Source: an uncultured Lachnospiraceae bacterium
GTDB lineage: Bacteria; Bacillota; Clostridia; Lachnospirales; Lachnospiraceae
Assembly (NCBI GenBank): GCA_964514125.1
Contig: CAZEPO010000002.1
Span: 1-39,923, forward strand
Reading direction: 5' to 3'
Length of the DNA: 39,923 nt
Below, one piece after another: positions 9,435 to 19,043 of this stretch (the stretch's first letter is position 1; each line of letters begins with the position of its first letter). A model generated the notes under the pieces. The model was not told where the DNA came from. It made no database searches and was given only the letters and a program-made list of their open reading frames with translations. A program made the position numbers and the translations under genes.

Positions 9435-11015
9435 ATGATTTCATGGAACAATATGGATACACTGGCTTCTTATGCAGCACTTGAGAAGACAGAGAAGGTG
9501 AATCTGGCTGAGGCAATGACAGGAGAGAACGGTGCAGATCGTGTGAAGAAATACAGCGTGCCGATGGCGGCAGGTCTTGCATACAATTATGCAGCAAAGC
9601 AGGTAAACGATGAGGTGCTGGAAGGACTGGCACAGCTGGCAAAAGAAGCACAGCTGACAGACAAATATGCAGCACTCTATAACGGCGAAGTGATTAACAC
9701 AGGTGAGAAGCGTCTGGTACTTCACCAGCTGACACGCGGACAGCAGGGAGATGCTGTTGTAGCAGATGGCGTGGACAAGCGTGCATTTTATGTAGAACAG
9801 CAGAACAAGATTACAGAGTTTGCCAACAAAGTACATGCAGGTGAGATCACAAACGCAGCAGGCGAGAAATTTACAACAGTAGTTCAGATCGGTATCGGCG
9901 GCAGTGACCTTGGCCCGCGTGCAATGTATCTGGCACTTGAGAACTGGGCAAAGCAGAACGGCAAATTCAAGATGGAAGCACAGTTCATCAGCAACGTAGA
10001 CCCGGATGATGCAGCAGCAGTTCTGAATAAAATTGATGTGGCACATTCTCTGTTCGTACTGGTTTCCAAATCAGGTACAACACTGGAGACACTGACCAAT
10101 GAATCTTTTGTAAAAGATGCCCTGAAGAAGGCAGGACTGGACGCTTCCAAACATATGGTAGCAGTTACCAGCGAAACTTCTCCACTGGCGAAGAGTGATG
10201 ACTATCTGGCGGCATTCTTTATGGACGATTATATCGGAGGACGTTATTCCTCTACATCAGCAGTTGGCGGCGCTGTTCTTTCACTGGCATTCGGCCCGGA
10301 TGTATTTGCACAGTTCCTTGACGGTGCAGCACAGGCAGATGCAACAGCGAAGAATGAAGATCTGCTTCAGAACCCGGCAATGCTTGATGCGCTGATCGGT
10401 GTATATGAGCGCAACGTACTTGGCTATCCGTGTACTGCAGTACTGCCGTATTCTCAGGCACTGAGCCGTTTCCCGGCACATCTGCAGCAGCTGGATATGG
10501 AGTCCAACGGTAAATCTGTGAACCGTTTCGGTGAGCCAGTTGATTATGTGACAGGTCCGGTAATCTTCGGTGAACCTGGAACCAATGGACAGCATTCTTT
10601 CTATCAGCTCCTGCATCAGGGAACTGACATTGTACCGCTTCAGTTCATCGGCTTCCGCAATAATCAGTGCGGCAGTGATGTTGTGATCGAAGGCAGTACA
10701 AGCCAGCAGAAGCTCTGTGCAAACGTAGTTGCCCAGATCGTAGCATTTGCTTGTGGCAAAGACGATGAAAACCGCAACAAGAAGTTCAACGGCGGACGTC
10801 CGTCCAGCATCATCGTCGGCGATCAGCTGACACCGGAAGCACTCGGTGCACTTCTTGCACACTTCGAGAATAAAGTAATGTTCCAGGGCTTCGTATGGAA
10901 CCTGAACAGCTTTGACCAGGAAGGTGTACAGCTCGGAAAAGTGCTTGCAAAACGCGTACTTGCACATGAGACAGACGGAGCACTGGCTGTATACAGTGAT
11001 CTGCTGAATATCTAA
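9435..11015 (+). CDS. pgi: Glucose-6-phosphate isomerase
   Basis: Motifs IGIGGSDLGP, SKSGTTLET, IGGRYS, QQLDMESNGK, GTNGQHSFYQL, FDQEGVQLGK; AAGGAGG upstream of ATG 9435. Confidence 0.96.
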   Translation: MISWNNMDTLASYAALEKTEKVNLAEAMTGENGADRVKKYSVPMAAGLAYNYAAKQVNDEVLEGLAQLAKEAQLTDKYAALYNGEVINTGEKRLVLHQLTRGQQGDAVVADGVDKRAFYVEQQNKITEFANKVHAGEITNAAGEKFTTVVQIGIGGSDLGPRAMYLALENWAKQNGKFKMEAQFISNVDPDDAAAVLNKIDVAHSLFVLVSKSGTTLETLTNESFVKDALKKAGLDASKHMVAVTSETSPLAKSDDYLAAFFMDDYIGGRYSSTSAVGGAVLSLAFGPDVFAQFLDGAAQADATAKNEDLLQNPAMLDALIGVYERNVLGYPCTAVLPYSQALSRFPAHLQQLDMESNGKSVNRFGEPVDYVTGPVIFGEPGTNGQHSFYQLLHQGTDIVPLQFIGFRNNQCGSDVVIEGSTSQQKLCANVVAQIVAFACGKDDENRNKKFNGGRPSSIIVGDQLTPEALGALLAHFENKVMFQGFVWNLNSFDQEGVQLGKVLAKRVLAHETDGALAVYSDLLNI

Positions 11016-11067
11016 TATTTTTCGAAATTTTATTTTTTATTGTAAATAGGACGCCAAGAATGGAAAT

Positions 11068-11143
11068 AAAAATACTTCCAGACTGACTAATTCCGAAGTA
11101 AGACTTTTAGTACTTCTTCACAGGTCAATCTGGAAGTATTTTT
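11068..11143. repeat. Long compound inverted repeat (terminator or REP-like)
   Basis: 20-bp arms AAAAATACTTCCAGACTGAC / GTCAATCTGGAAGTATTTTT (1 mismatch) enclosing an inner GAAGTA/TACTTC stem. Confidence 0.8.
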
Positions 11144-11226
11144 TGTACCATTACAAGTTTCGATTTTTTGATAAAAACTCCGTGGTAAGGTGCCTTGAGC
11201 GAGATAAAAGGAATGATACAGATTAT

Positions 11227-11304
11227 GAAAAAAGAAGGGCATTGCTGCCTGTTTTTGCGGAGCTGGCCAAGTGGGGAGAAAATCATCTGGAAAAAGAAGC
11301 GTGA
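11227..11304 (+). pseudogene. C-terminal remnant of an HxlR-family winged-helix regulator
   Basis: Translates as EKRRALLPVFAELAKWGENHLEKEA*, resembling the HxlR C-terminus (EKG..L.P....L..WGE.H); no N-terminal part is present. Confidence 0.55.
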
Positions 11305-11332
11305 GAATGGACAAACTGTAAATTAAAAAAGA

Positions 11333-11361
11333 TTGAAAAATCTGGTATCCTGCCATATAAT
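11333..11361 (+). promoter_or_regulatory. Sigma70 promoter of the NCS2 permease
   Basis: TTGAAA, 17-bp spacer, TATAAT. Confidence 0.7.
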
Positions 11362-11423
11362 GACTAAGATTGAAAAAATCAGGAAAATTGAACAGGTTGA
11401 GAGTGTATGGAAGGAGACTACAG

Positions 11424-12806
11424 ATGAAAAAGGAAGTTACTTATTCAAGTCCCTACGAGTTTGAGGGACGAATTCCATTGAAACAGGCAATTCCGATGGG
11501 ACTGCAGCATGTGCTGGCGATGTTTGTCGGCAACCTGACACCGATTTTGATCATCAGCGGTGCATGCGGGATTGCGTCCGGTTCTGCTCTGCAGATTGCG
11601 CTGCTTCAGAATGCGATGCTGGTAGCAGGAATTGTGACACTGGTGCAGTTGTTTGCAATCGGACCGTGCGGCGGCAAAGTGCCGATCATTATGGGAACAA
11701 GTTCGGGATTTATCGGAGTCTGTAATTCTGTAGCAGGTGTCATGGGCGGCGGTATCGTTTCTTATGGAGCCATCATGGGAGCTTCGATTATCGGCGGTCT
11801 GTTTGAGACAGTGCTTGGCTTTTTGATCAAGCCGCTGCGAAGATTCTTTCCTCCGGTTGTTACGGGTACGGTTGTTTTGTCAATCGGTCTTTCGCTGATC
11901 AGTGTGGGCGTTGGCTCTTTTGGAGGCGGAAGCAGTGCAGCGGACTACGGTTCACTCGAAAACCTGTTGTTGGGTATACTGGTGCTTGTAGTGATCCTGA
12001 TCCTGAAGCACTGTACAAAGGGAATTACATCGACCGCATCGATCCTGTTTGGCATCATTGTCGGCTATATTGCGTCTATGATCATGGGTGCAGTGCTGAA
12101 TCCGATCGGTGTGACAGCAGAAGGTGTGGAATATACCAAAGCGTGGGTTCTGAACTGGGATAAGGTAGCAGAAGCTTCCTGGTTTGCTGTTCCGGAGCTG
12201 ATGCCGGTCAAGATTGTATTTGATGCAAGAGCAATCCTGCCGATCCTGATCATGTTTATAGTGACTGCCGTAGAGACCGTCGGAGATATCTCCGGTGTAA
12301 TGGAAGGCGGCATGGGACGGGAAGCGACGGATCAGGAACTCTCAGGCGGTGTGATCTGTGATGGCTTGGGATCTTCGTTTGCAGCACTGTTCGGAGTTCT
12401 TCCGAATACTTCGTTTTCACAGAACGTTGGACTGGTCACGATGACAAAAGTCGTGAATCGTTATGCATTGGCAATTGGCGGTGTATTTTTGATCGCCTGC
12501 GGTCTGTTCCCGAAGGTGGGAGCGCTGATTTCGATCATGCCGCAGTCGGTACTCGGCGGTGCAGCGGTGATGATGTTCTCGTCGATCGTTGTAAGCGGTA
12601 TTCAGCTGATTACCAAAAATCCGATGACAGCCAGAAATATATCGATTGTTTCGGTTGCACTGGGACTAGGATATGGTATCGGTGCAAATACTGCGATACT
12701 GGCAAATCTTCCGCAGAGTATACAGCTGATCTTCGGCGGTTCCGGGATCGTTCCGGCCGCAGTAGTTGCGATTCTGCTGAATATTCTGCTTCCGCAGGAA
12801 AAATAA
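11424..12806 (+). CDS. NCS2/NAT nucleobase (xanthine/urate) permease
   Basis: GLQHVLAMF, ETVGD, CDGL and NAT signature FSQNVGLVTMTK; many TM segments; AAGGAG upstream of ATG 11424. Confidence 0.92.
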   Translation: MKKEVTYSSPYEFEGRIPLKQAIPMGLQHVLAMFVGNLTPILIISGACGIASGSALQIALLQNAMLVAGIVTLVQLFAIGPCGGKVPIIMGTSSGFIGVCNSVAGVMGGGIVSYGAIMGASIIGGLFETVLGFLIKPLRRFFPPVVTGTVVLSIGLSLISVGVGSFGGGSSAADYGSLENLLLGILVLVVILILKHCTKGITSTASILFGIIVGYIASMIMGAVLNPIGVTAEGVEYTKAWVLNWDKVAEASWFAVPELMPVKIVFDARAILPILIMFIVTAVETVGDISGVMEGGMGREATDQELSGGVICDGLGSSFAALFGVLPNTSFSQNVGLVTMTKVVNRYALAIGGVFLIACGLFPKVGALISIMPQSVLGGAAVMMFSSIVVSGIQLITKNPMTARNISIVSVALGLGYGIGANTAILANLPQSIQLIFGGSGIVPAAVVAILLNILLPQEK

Positions 12807-12811
12807 AATGG

Positions 12812-12850
12812 AAAAGCGTTGGAAGAACTGGTTTCTTCTGACGCTTTTTT
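12812..12850 (+). terminator. Terminator after the permease
   Basis: 16-bp stem with two G-U pairs (AAAAGCGTTGGAAGAA / TTCTTCTGACGCTTTT) and a T tail. Confidence 0.75.
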
Positions 12851-12960
12851 GTAGTATAGTAAGAGAGAAAGACTTTGAGCGCATATCGTGCAAAATCTGT
12901 GGTATTGATTTTGTGTAGAATAAGAGACAAGGAAAAAACAGCATGATAGGAGAAGAAAAA

Positions 12961-13986
12961 ATGGAAGGGATTACATTTTGCAGAGGCGGAGGCTGTACGG
13001 CCAAGCTCGGAGCCGGTGTGCTGAGCCGGGTTCTGAGTATGCTGCCGCGAGGTCCGTATGATGAAAACTTGCTGATCGGATATGACAGCAAAGATGATGC
13101 GGCGGTGTACAAGCTGACTGATGATGTGGCAGTGGTACAGACGCTGGATTTTTTTCCGCCGATGGTCGATGATCCGTATACATTCGGTCAGATTGCGGCG
13201 ACCAATGCCCTGAGTGATATTTTTGCGATGGGCGGAGAGGTGAAGACTGCGCTGAATATCGTCTGCTTTCCGGAGGATATGAGTCTGAATGTCTTGGGAG
13301 AGATCATGCGCGGAGGAGCTGAGAAAGTTATTGAAGCCGGAGGCACACTGGCTGGCGGTCATTCAATCGCAGATGACAGCGTGAAGTACGGACTTTCTGT
13401 GACCGGTATTGTTCACCCGGAGCATATTTATTCCAACAACGGAGGGCAGCCGGGCGATGTGCTGGTTTTGACGAAAAAGCTTGGCGTTGGGATTATCTGT
13501 ACGGCCAATCGGATTGGGGAAGCTTCTGCGGAGGCGATGCAGGACGCAGTCACTTCTATGACAACCCTAAACAAAAAGGCAGCAGAAATCTCCAGAGCCT
13601 ATCGGGTTCATGCCTGTACGGATGTGACGGGATTTGGATTTTTGGGACATCTGCATGAGATGATGGATGGCAGACATTCCTGCTGTATCCATGCATCACA
13701 GGTGCCTGTGATGCAGGAAGCCCTTCATTATGCAGAGGAATTTTATCTGACGGCAGCTGCACAGAAAAATCGCAATCATGTGGAAGCCTATGTGACATTT
13801 GACGATGTTTCATTTGCGATGGAAGAAGTGTTGTACGATCCACAGACTTCCGGTGGATTATTGCTGGCTGTCCACCCGGAAGATGTGCATAACATGGTTC
13901 AAAAAATGCAGGAGAGTGGATTACCTGCTGCAATTGTGGGTGAAATCACAGAAAAATCGGAAACGGAAATCAGGATACAAAGATGA
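12961..13986 (+). CDS. selD: Selenide, water dikinase (Cys-type)
   Basis: Motifs [50 protein letters not shown]; alternative start at 12943. Confidence 0.95.
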   Translation: MEGITFCRGGGCTAKLGAGVLSRVLSMLPRGPYDENLLIGYDSKDDAAVYKLTDDVAVVQTLDFFPPMVDDPYTFGQIAATNALSDIFAMGGEVKTALNIVCFPEDMSLNVLGEIMRGGAEKVIEAGGTLAGGHSIADDSVKYGLSVTGIVHPEHIYSNNGGQPGDVLVLTKKLGVGIICTANRIGEASAEAMQDAVTSMTTLNKKAAEISRAYRVHACTDVTGFGFLGHLHEMMDGRHSCCIHASQVPVMQEALHYAEEFYLTAAAQKNRNHVEAYVTFDDVSFAMEEVLYDPQTSGGLLLAVHPEDVHNMVQKMQESGLPAAIVGEITEKSETEIRIQR

Positions 13987-14219
13987 TAAAAAAACAGAAC
14001 AGACTGGTCATCACGTTTCATACGACAGAGGAAGCGATGATGATGGAAACAGTATGCAAACAGGAACAGATGGACGGCAGACTGATTCCGGTGCCGGGAT
14101 TTATCTCAGCCGGATGCGGACTTGCCTGGTGTGCAGGTCCGGCACATGAAGATGAACTGCGGACACTGATGCAGGAGAATGGGATTGTTCCGCAGGAGGT
14201 ATTGGTTTGTCTGATCTGA
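13983..14219 (+). CDS. DUF3343-family small protein associated with Se/S metabolism
   Basis: Pattern ITFHTT.EAM..E...[16 protein letters not shown]; ATGA overlap with selD. Confidence 0.85.
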   Translation: MIKKQNRLVITFHTTEEAMMMETVCKQEQMDGRLIPVPGFISAGCGLAWCAGPAHEDELRTLMQENGIVPQEVLVCLI

Positions 14220-14232
14220 TGGAGCAGAAATC

Positions 14233-15375
14233 ATGATTTATTTTGATAATGCGGCAACTACGATGCAGAAGCCGCCTGAGGTTGTACAGGCTGTGACAGA
14301 GGCGATGTGTTCGATGGGCAATGCCGGACGCGGTGCGCATGATGCGGCGCTGGGAGCATCGAGAGTGATCTTCGATACCAGAAAAAAGCTGGCGGAACTG
14401 TTTCATGCCGAACATCCGAGCCAGATCGTATTTACGATGAACGCGACAGAAAGTTTGAATATAGCGATCAAAGGGGCACTGCAGGCAGGAGACCATGTGA
14501 TCACGACAGCACTGGAGCACAACTCCGTGTTGCGGCCGCTGTACGAAATGGAAGAACGAGGCGTGGAACTGACGATCCTGCCTGCAGATACGAAGGGCAG
14601 GATCTGCTTGCTTAATGATACCTTTGAAAGGGCACTCAGAGCAAATACAAAGGCGATCATCTGTACACATGGCTCTAATGTGACCGGCAATCTGGTGGAC
14701 ATTGCAGCCATCGGTGCCTTTGCAAGGGCGCATGGTCTTTTCTTTATTGTGGACGCATCTCAGACTGCCGGGATCATGCCGATCGATGTACAGAGTATGA
14801 ACATTGATATTCTCTGCTTTACCGGCCACAAAGGTCTGCTTGGACCGCAGGGGACGGGCGGCATGTATGTGCGTGAAGGGATTGCAGTCAGACCGCTGCT
14901 CACCGGAGGAAGCGGTGTACAGTCCTACAGCAGATCCCATCCGGCGCAGATGCCGACGGCATTGGAGGCAGGCACGCTCAATACACATGGGATCGCAGGA
15001 CTTGGGGCGGCGGTTCATTATCTGCAGACGACAGGGCTGGATCAGATCCGTAGGAAAGAACAGGAACTGATGTGGTATTTTTATGAGCAGACCAGGAATA
15101 TTTCCGGTGTAAAGATTTATGGAGATTTTGGAGAACAGCGGTGTGCGATTGTCAGCCTCAATATCCGGGATTATGATTCGTCAGAGGTCAGCGATGTACT
15201 GTTTCGTAACTATGGGATATCCACACGGCCGGGCGCACATTGTGCACCGCTGATGCATCAGGCCTTGGGGACGGTGGAACAGGGAGCAGTACGCTTCAGC
15301 TTTTCGCACTATAATACGAAAGCAGAAGTCGAGCAGGCAGTTGAGGCAATCAGAGAACTGGCGAGAGAAGAATGA
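14233..15375 (+). CDS. PLP-dependent cysteine desulfurase / selenocysteine lyase-like enzyme (class V aminotransferase)
   Basis: Motifs IYFDNAATT, EHNSV, DASQTAG, TGHK (PLP lysine), EAGT, RPGAHCAP. Confidence 0.9.
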   Translation: MIYFDNAATTMQKPPEVVQAVTEAMCSMGNAGRGAHDAALGASRVIFDTRKKLAELFHAEHPSQIVFTMNATESLNIAIKGALQAGDHVITTALEHNSVLRPLYEMEERGVELTILPADTKGRICLLNDTFERALRANTKAIICTHGSNVTGNLVDIAAIGAFARAHGLFFIVDASQTAGIMPIDVQSMNIDILCFTGHKGLLGPQGTGGMYVREGIAVRPLLTGGSGVQSYSRSHPAQMPTALEAGTLNTHGIAGLGAAVHYLQTTGLDQIRRKEQELMWYFYEQTRNISGVKIYGDFGEQRCAIVSLNIRDYDSSEVSDVLFRNYGISTRPGAHCAPLMHQALGTVEQGAVRFSFSHYNTKAEVEQAVEAIRELAREE

Positions 15376-15386
15376 CGCTTGCACGA

Positions 15387-15415
15387 TTTACCAGAAAGAA
15401 AAAATTTTTTATAAT
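15387..15415 (+). promoter_or_regulatory. Possible internal promoter upstream of yedF
   Basis: TTTACC, 17-bp spacer, TATAAT. Confidence 0.45.
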
Positions 15416-15453
15416 AAAACACAAAACTATAGAAGAGAAAGAAGGAAAATCAG

Positions 15454-16092
15454 ATGAACAGAATCGTAGACGCAAGAGGACTGGCATGTCCGCTTCCGGT
15501 CGTAAATGCCAAAAAAGCAGCAGAAGAGATGAAAGAAGGAGTACTCACTGTTCTTGTGGATAATGAGATTGCTGTGCAGAATCTGCAGAAATTTGCAAAG
15601 CAAAAAGGATATGAGGCAGTTGGCGAGAAAAAAGCGGAGAAGGAATATGAGGTAAAAATTCTGGTACAGTCAGCAAAACAAAATGAAGCAGGGGATGATT
15701 TGCACAGTGAAGCAGATGCAGAACAGGACGAAGTATGCTGCACCGATTCCAGAAAAAAGGGAATGACTATCGTACTTTCTGCAAATGTGATGGGTACCGG
15801 CGATGAAAAACTTGGAAAAGCACTGATGAAGGCATTTGTTTTTGCAGTGACGAAGCAGGATCAGCTTCCGGAAACGATCCTTTGCTACAACACAGGTGCG
15901 TATCTGACCTGCGAAGGTGCGGATACGCTGGAAGACCTGAAGGCATTGGAGGCAGAGGGTGTCAATATCCTGACCTGCGGTACCTGTCTGGACTTTTACG
16001 GAATCAAAGAAAAACTGGCAGTTGGAAGCGTTACAAATATGTATGAGATCGTAGAGAAGATGGAAACAGCCAAAACGATCATCAGACCATAG
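15454..16092 (+). CDS. yedF: Selenium metabolism sulfurtransferase-like protein (TusA/SirA plus DsrE-like domains)
   Basis: N-terminal DARGLACPLPVV; C-terminal domain with LG..LMKAF, YNTG, CGTCLDFY. Confidence 0.9.
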   Translation: MNRIVDARGLACPLPVVNAKKAAEEMKEGVLTVLVDNEIAVQNLQKFAKQKGYEAVGEKKAEKEYEVKILVQSAKQNEAGDDLHSEADAEQDEVCCTDSRKKGMTIVLSANVMGTGDEKLGKALMKAFVFAVTKQDQLPETILCYNTGAYLTCEGADTLEDLKALEAEGVNILTCGTCLDFYGIKEKLAVGSVTNMYEIVEKMETAKTIIRP

Positions 16093-16113
16093 AAGCGAAG
16101 GACAGACAGAACG

Positions 16114-16989
16114 ATGAAAAATTTAGTGATAGTCAGAGGCGGCGGAGATCTCGCGACAGGAACAATCTACAAGCTGTATCAGTGCGGTTTTCAAGTGTTG
16201 GTGCTGGAGACGGAGAAACCGTCCGCAATCCGCAGAAATGTAGCTTTTGCGGAGGCGGTTTATCAGGGGAAACATACAGTGGAAGACCTTACCTGCTATC
16301 TGGCACAGGATCTGAATGAGGTGCTGGCACTGCTTGCCAAGCGGAAGCTTACGATGCTGGTCGATCCGGAGGGCGACTGTATTTCTCTGCTGAGGCCGTT
16401 TGCGGTAGTCGATGCGATTCTGGCGAAGAAGAATCTCGGAACCAATCGGAGCATGGCACCGATCACGGTCGCACTTGGACCTGGTTTTTCGGCCGGATCT
16501 GATGTAGATGCGGTGGTGGAAACGATGCGCGGACATTCGCTGGGGCGTGTGATTTATGACGGTCAGGCGATCAAAGACACCGGAATCCCCGGCATGATCG
16601 CGGGTTATGCGAAGGAACGTGTGATCCATAGTCCGGCGGCTGGCGTGATGAGAAACAGCAAAAAGATTACAGATACCGTTCAAAAGGGTGAGGTGATCGC
16701 GTGGATCGAGCCGGAAGCTGCAGGCGAACAGGTTCCGGTCAGAGCGACCATCGACGGACTGCTTCGCGGTCTGATCCGGGACGGTTATCCGGTGACAGAA
16801 GGCTTCAAGATTGCGGATATTGATCCGCGGATTCAGGAATACGAAAATTGTTTTACGATATCAGACAAAGCACGCTGCATCGCAGGCGGTGTGTTGGAAG
16901 CAATCCTTCATCTGAGTGAGTGCGTACCTGAGCAGAATATACAGGCGGCCTATGCATTTACGCAGATATGCGGAGCAGCAGATGATTAA
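16114..16989 (+). CDS. yqeB: Selenium-dependent Mo-hydroxylase system protein YqeB
   Basis: Motifs VRGGGDLATG, AIRR.VAF.EA, VDAILAKKN, ALGPGF, ETMRGH.LGR, KIADIDPR, ISDKAR.IAGGVLEA. Confidence 0.92.
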   Translation: MKNLVIVRGGGDLATGTIYKLYQCGFQVLVLETEKPSAIRRNVAFAEAVYQGKHTVEDLTCYLAQDLNEVLALLAKRKLTMLVDPEGDCISLLRPFAVVDAILAKKNLGTNRSMAPITVALGPGFSAGSDVDAVVETMRGHSLGRVIYDGQAIKDTGIPGMIAGYAKERVIHSPAAGVMRNSKKITDTVQKGEVIAWIEPEAAGEQVPVRATIDGLLRGLIRDGYPVTEGFKIADIDPRIQEYENCFTISDKARCIAGGVLEAILHLSECVPEQNIQAAYAFTQICGAADD

Positions 16990-18241
16990 GGCAGTCGTCG
17001 GTGCGGGCGGCAAGACCACACTGATCAAAAAAATGGCTGCAGAGTATCTGGCACAGGGCAAGAATGTGCTTGTGATGACATCGACACAGATGTATATCGA
17101 GGCTGACACGCTGCTGACGGACGATGCCGGACGCATTATGCAGGAACTGGAGCAAAAACGCTGTGTGATGGCAGGCGTGCCGGACGGCGTGAAGATAAGA
17201 CCGCTGTCACAGGATACATATGAAACGGTATGCCGATATGCCGATGTTGTTTTGATCGAAGCAGACGGATCCAGGCATAAGCCGATCAAAGCACCGAAGG
17301 CAGGTGAGCCGGTGATCTACCACAATGTCGATGAGATCATTGTGGTATGCGGAATCCACGCACTGGGACAAGCATTGTCGGAGGCAGCGTACAGACCGGA
17401 ACTGGTGAAACAGTGTCTTTTGGCGAACCATGATGTATCGCTCACGCAGCAATCTGCATACCGAATCGATGATGATACGGTCATAACGCCTGTTCACATT
17501 CAGAAGCTGGTGATGGAAGGCTATGTAAAGCCGCTGCGGCAAAAGTATCCGCAGAAAAAAATACAGATCAAGGTAATGGGTGCTGCATCTGCGTATGAAA
17601 AGGCGCTGGCAGATCGGATCGAGGCAGAAAAAGATGTCTCCGAATATCCCAGAATTGGCTGCGCGATCATGGCATCGGGCAGGAGCCGACGCTTTGGCAC
17701 CAACAAGCTGGTGTTTGAATTTGAAGGAAAAACACTGATCCAGAGGATTCTGGATACGACAGAGACGGTGCCGTTTGCACAGCGGATCGTGCTGACCAGA
17801 AGCGAGGAAGTCCGGCAGATCTGCGAAGCGCAGAATACAGATGTGCGGTACCATGCACTGCAGAAGCGAAATGAAGCAGTACGGCTCGGAATCACGGAGC
17901 TGCAGGAGGTCGATGCCTGTATGTTCTGCCCCTGTGATCAGCCGCTTCTGCGCAGAGCGAGTCTGGAAAAACTGATCGATGCTTTTGCAGAAAAGGGACG
18001 AGGCATTTTTCGGCTTTGCTATGGGGAAAGACAGGGGACACCGATCCTGTTTGGAAAAGAATATTTTGCAGAGCTTGCTGAGCTGCCGGAAAAGTGCGGC
18101 GGGTCTTATCTGGTGAAAAAATATCCGGAGCTGGTCAGCTGCATCGAAGCAGAAGATGAGCTGGAACTGTATGACATAGACACACCGGAGGACGGAGAAG
18201 CTTTGCGGCAGATATTGAAGCAAAAACAGAGCTTGGATTAA
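16982..18241 (+). CDS. yqeC: YqeC fused to a MocA/YgfJ-like molybdopterin nucleotidyltransferase
   Basis: N-terminal VGAGGKTT and LIEADGS..KPIKAP; C-terminal IMASGRSRRFG.NKL, CDQP, P.LF, GG, DIDT; start ATG 16982 overlaps yqeB. Confidence 0.85.
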   Translation: MIKAVVGAGGKTTLIKKMAAEYLAQGKNVLVMTSTQMYIEADTLLTDDAGRIMQELEQKRCVMAGVPDGVKIRPLSQDTYETVCRYADVVLIEADGSRHKPIKAPKAGEPVIYHNVDEIIVVCGIHALGQALSEAAYRPELVKQCLLANHDVSLTQQSAYRIDDDTVITPVHIQKLVMEGYVKPLRQKYPQKKIQIKVMGAASAYEKALADRIEAEKDVSEYPRIGCAIMASGRSRRFGTNKLVFEFEGKTLIQRILDTTETVPFAQRIVLTRSEEVRQICEAQNTDVRYHALQKRNEAVRLGITELQEVDACMFCPCDQPLLRRASLEKLIDAFAEKGRGIFRLCYGERQGTPILFGKEYFAELAELPEKCGGSYLVKKYPELVSCIEAEDELELYDIDTPEDGEALRQILKQKQSLD

Positions 18242-18257
18242 ATAAAGGAGAACAAAC

Positions 18258-19043
18258 GTGTTTACAATGAAAAACTATGTGCAGGCAGAAAGTCTGGAAG
18301 AGGCCTATGCACTGCGGAAAAAGAGCAAGAAAAACGTCATCTTAGGCGGAAATCTCTGGCGGAAAATGGGTTCTGCCAATCTGATGACAGGGATCGATCT
18401 TTGCAATCTTTCTCTGGATCAGATCATTGAGACGGAAGAAGAATACCGCATCGGTTGTATGTGTTCACTGCGGGATTTGGAAGTGAATGAATCACTGCAT
18501 AAGGAGTTTGGCGGCAGCTTCAGGGAAGCGCTGCGGCATATCGTAGGAGTACAGTTCCGCAATACGGCAACGGTCGGCGGCAGCGTATTTCCACGCTTTG
18601 GATTTTCTGATGTGCTGACGATCCTGGCGGCGCTGGACTGCAGCATTGAACTGTATCATGCAGGACTTGTGCCGATCAAAGAATTTGCGGAGGGCAAGCC
18701 GGACGATGATATACTGGTCAATGTTGTTATTCGAAAAGACAAGCGAAAGGTTTCCTATCAGACCCATCGTATGACGGAAACGGATTTTGGAATCCTGACC
18801 TGTGCGGTGGCATATAAGGACGGCAGCTATACAGTGGTACTCGGTGCGAGACCGCAGAAAGCTAAGATTGTAGATGGACGGAAACTGAACGATCCGTTGA
18901 ATGAAGAAGAACTGGAACGATTTCTTGAGGAGACGGTTGAACAGTTTACATTTGGCTCAAATCTGCGCGGCAGTGCGCAGTACCGCAGAGCAATCGCCAA
19001 GGTGCTGATCAAGCGGGCTGTTCTGGAGCTGAATGCAGGATAA
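18258..19043 (+). CDS. Xanthine dehydrogenase-family FAD-binding subunit (YgfM-like)
   Basis: LGGNLW, QFRNTATVGGS, SD, GSNLRGSAQYRR; AAGGAG upstream of the GTG start. Confidence 0.88.
   Translation: MFTMKNYVQAESLEEAYALRKKSKKNVILGGNLWRKMGSANLMTGIDLCNLSLDQIIETEEEYRIGCMCSLRDLEVNESLHKEFGGSFREALRHIVGVQFRNTATVGGSVFPRFGFSDVLTILAALDCSIELYHAGLVPIKEFAEGKPDDDILVNVVIRKDKRKVSYQTHRMTETDFGILTCAVAYKDGSYTVVLGARPQKAKIVDGRKLNDPLNEEELERFLEETVEQFTFGSNLRGSAQYRRAIAKVLIKRAVLELNAG

Noticed and set aside
11340-11423. Purine riboswitch upstream of the NCS2 permease
   Set aside because: The leader after the -10 is only about 55 nt and lacks the aptamer core and an expression platform
12943-13000. Selenocysteine (UGA) recoding in selD or its neighbours
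   Set aside because: The catalytic position is TGT (Cys) and the ORFs are full length without an internal TGA
14101-15018. Long antisense ORFs (also 17207-18223, 10281-10967, 12610-13362 and others)
   Set aside because: They are shadows of well-supported + strand genes with no recognisable motifs
15372-15563. 63-aa ORF between the desulfurase and yedF (similarly 19112-19357 and 11087-11356)
   Set aside because: Each overlaps a real gene or promoter and shows no family signature
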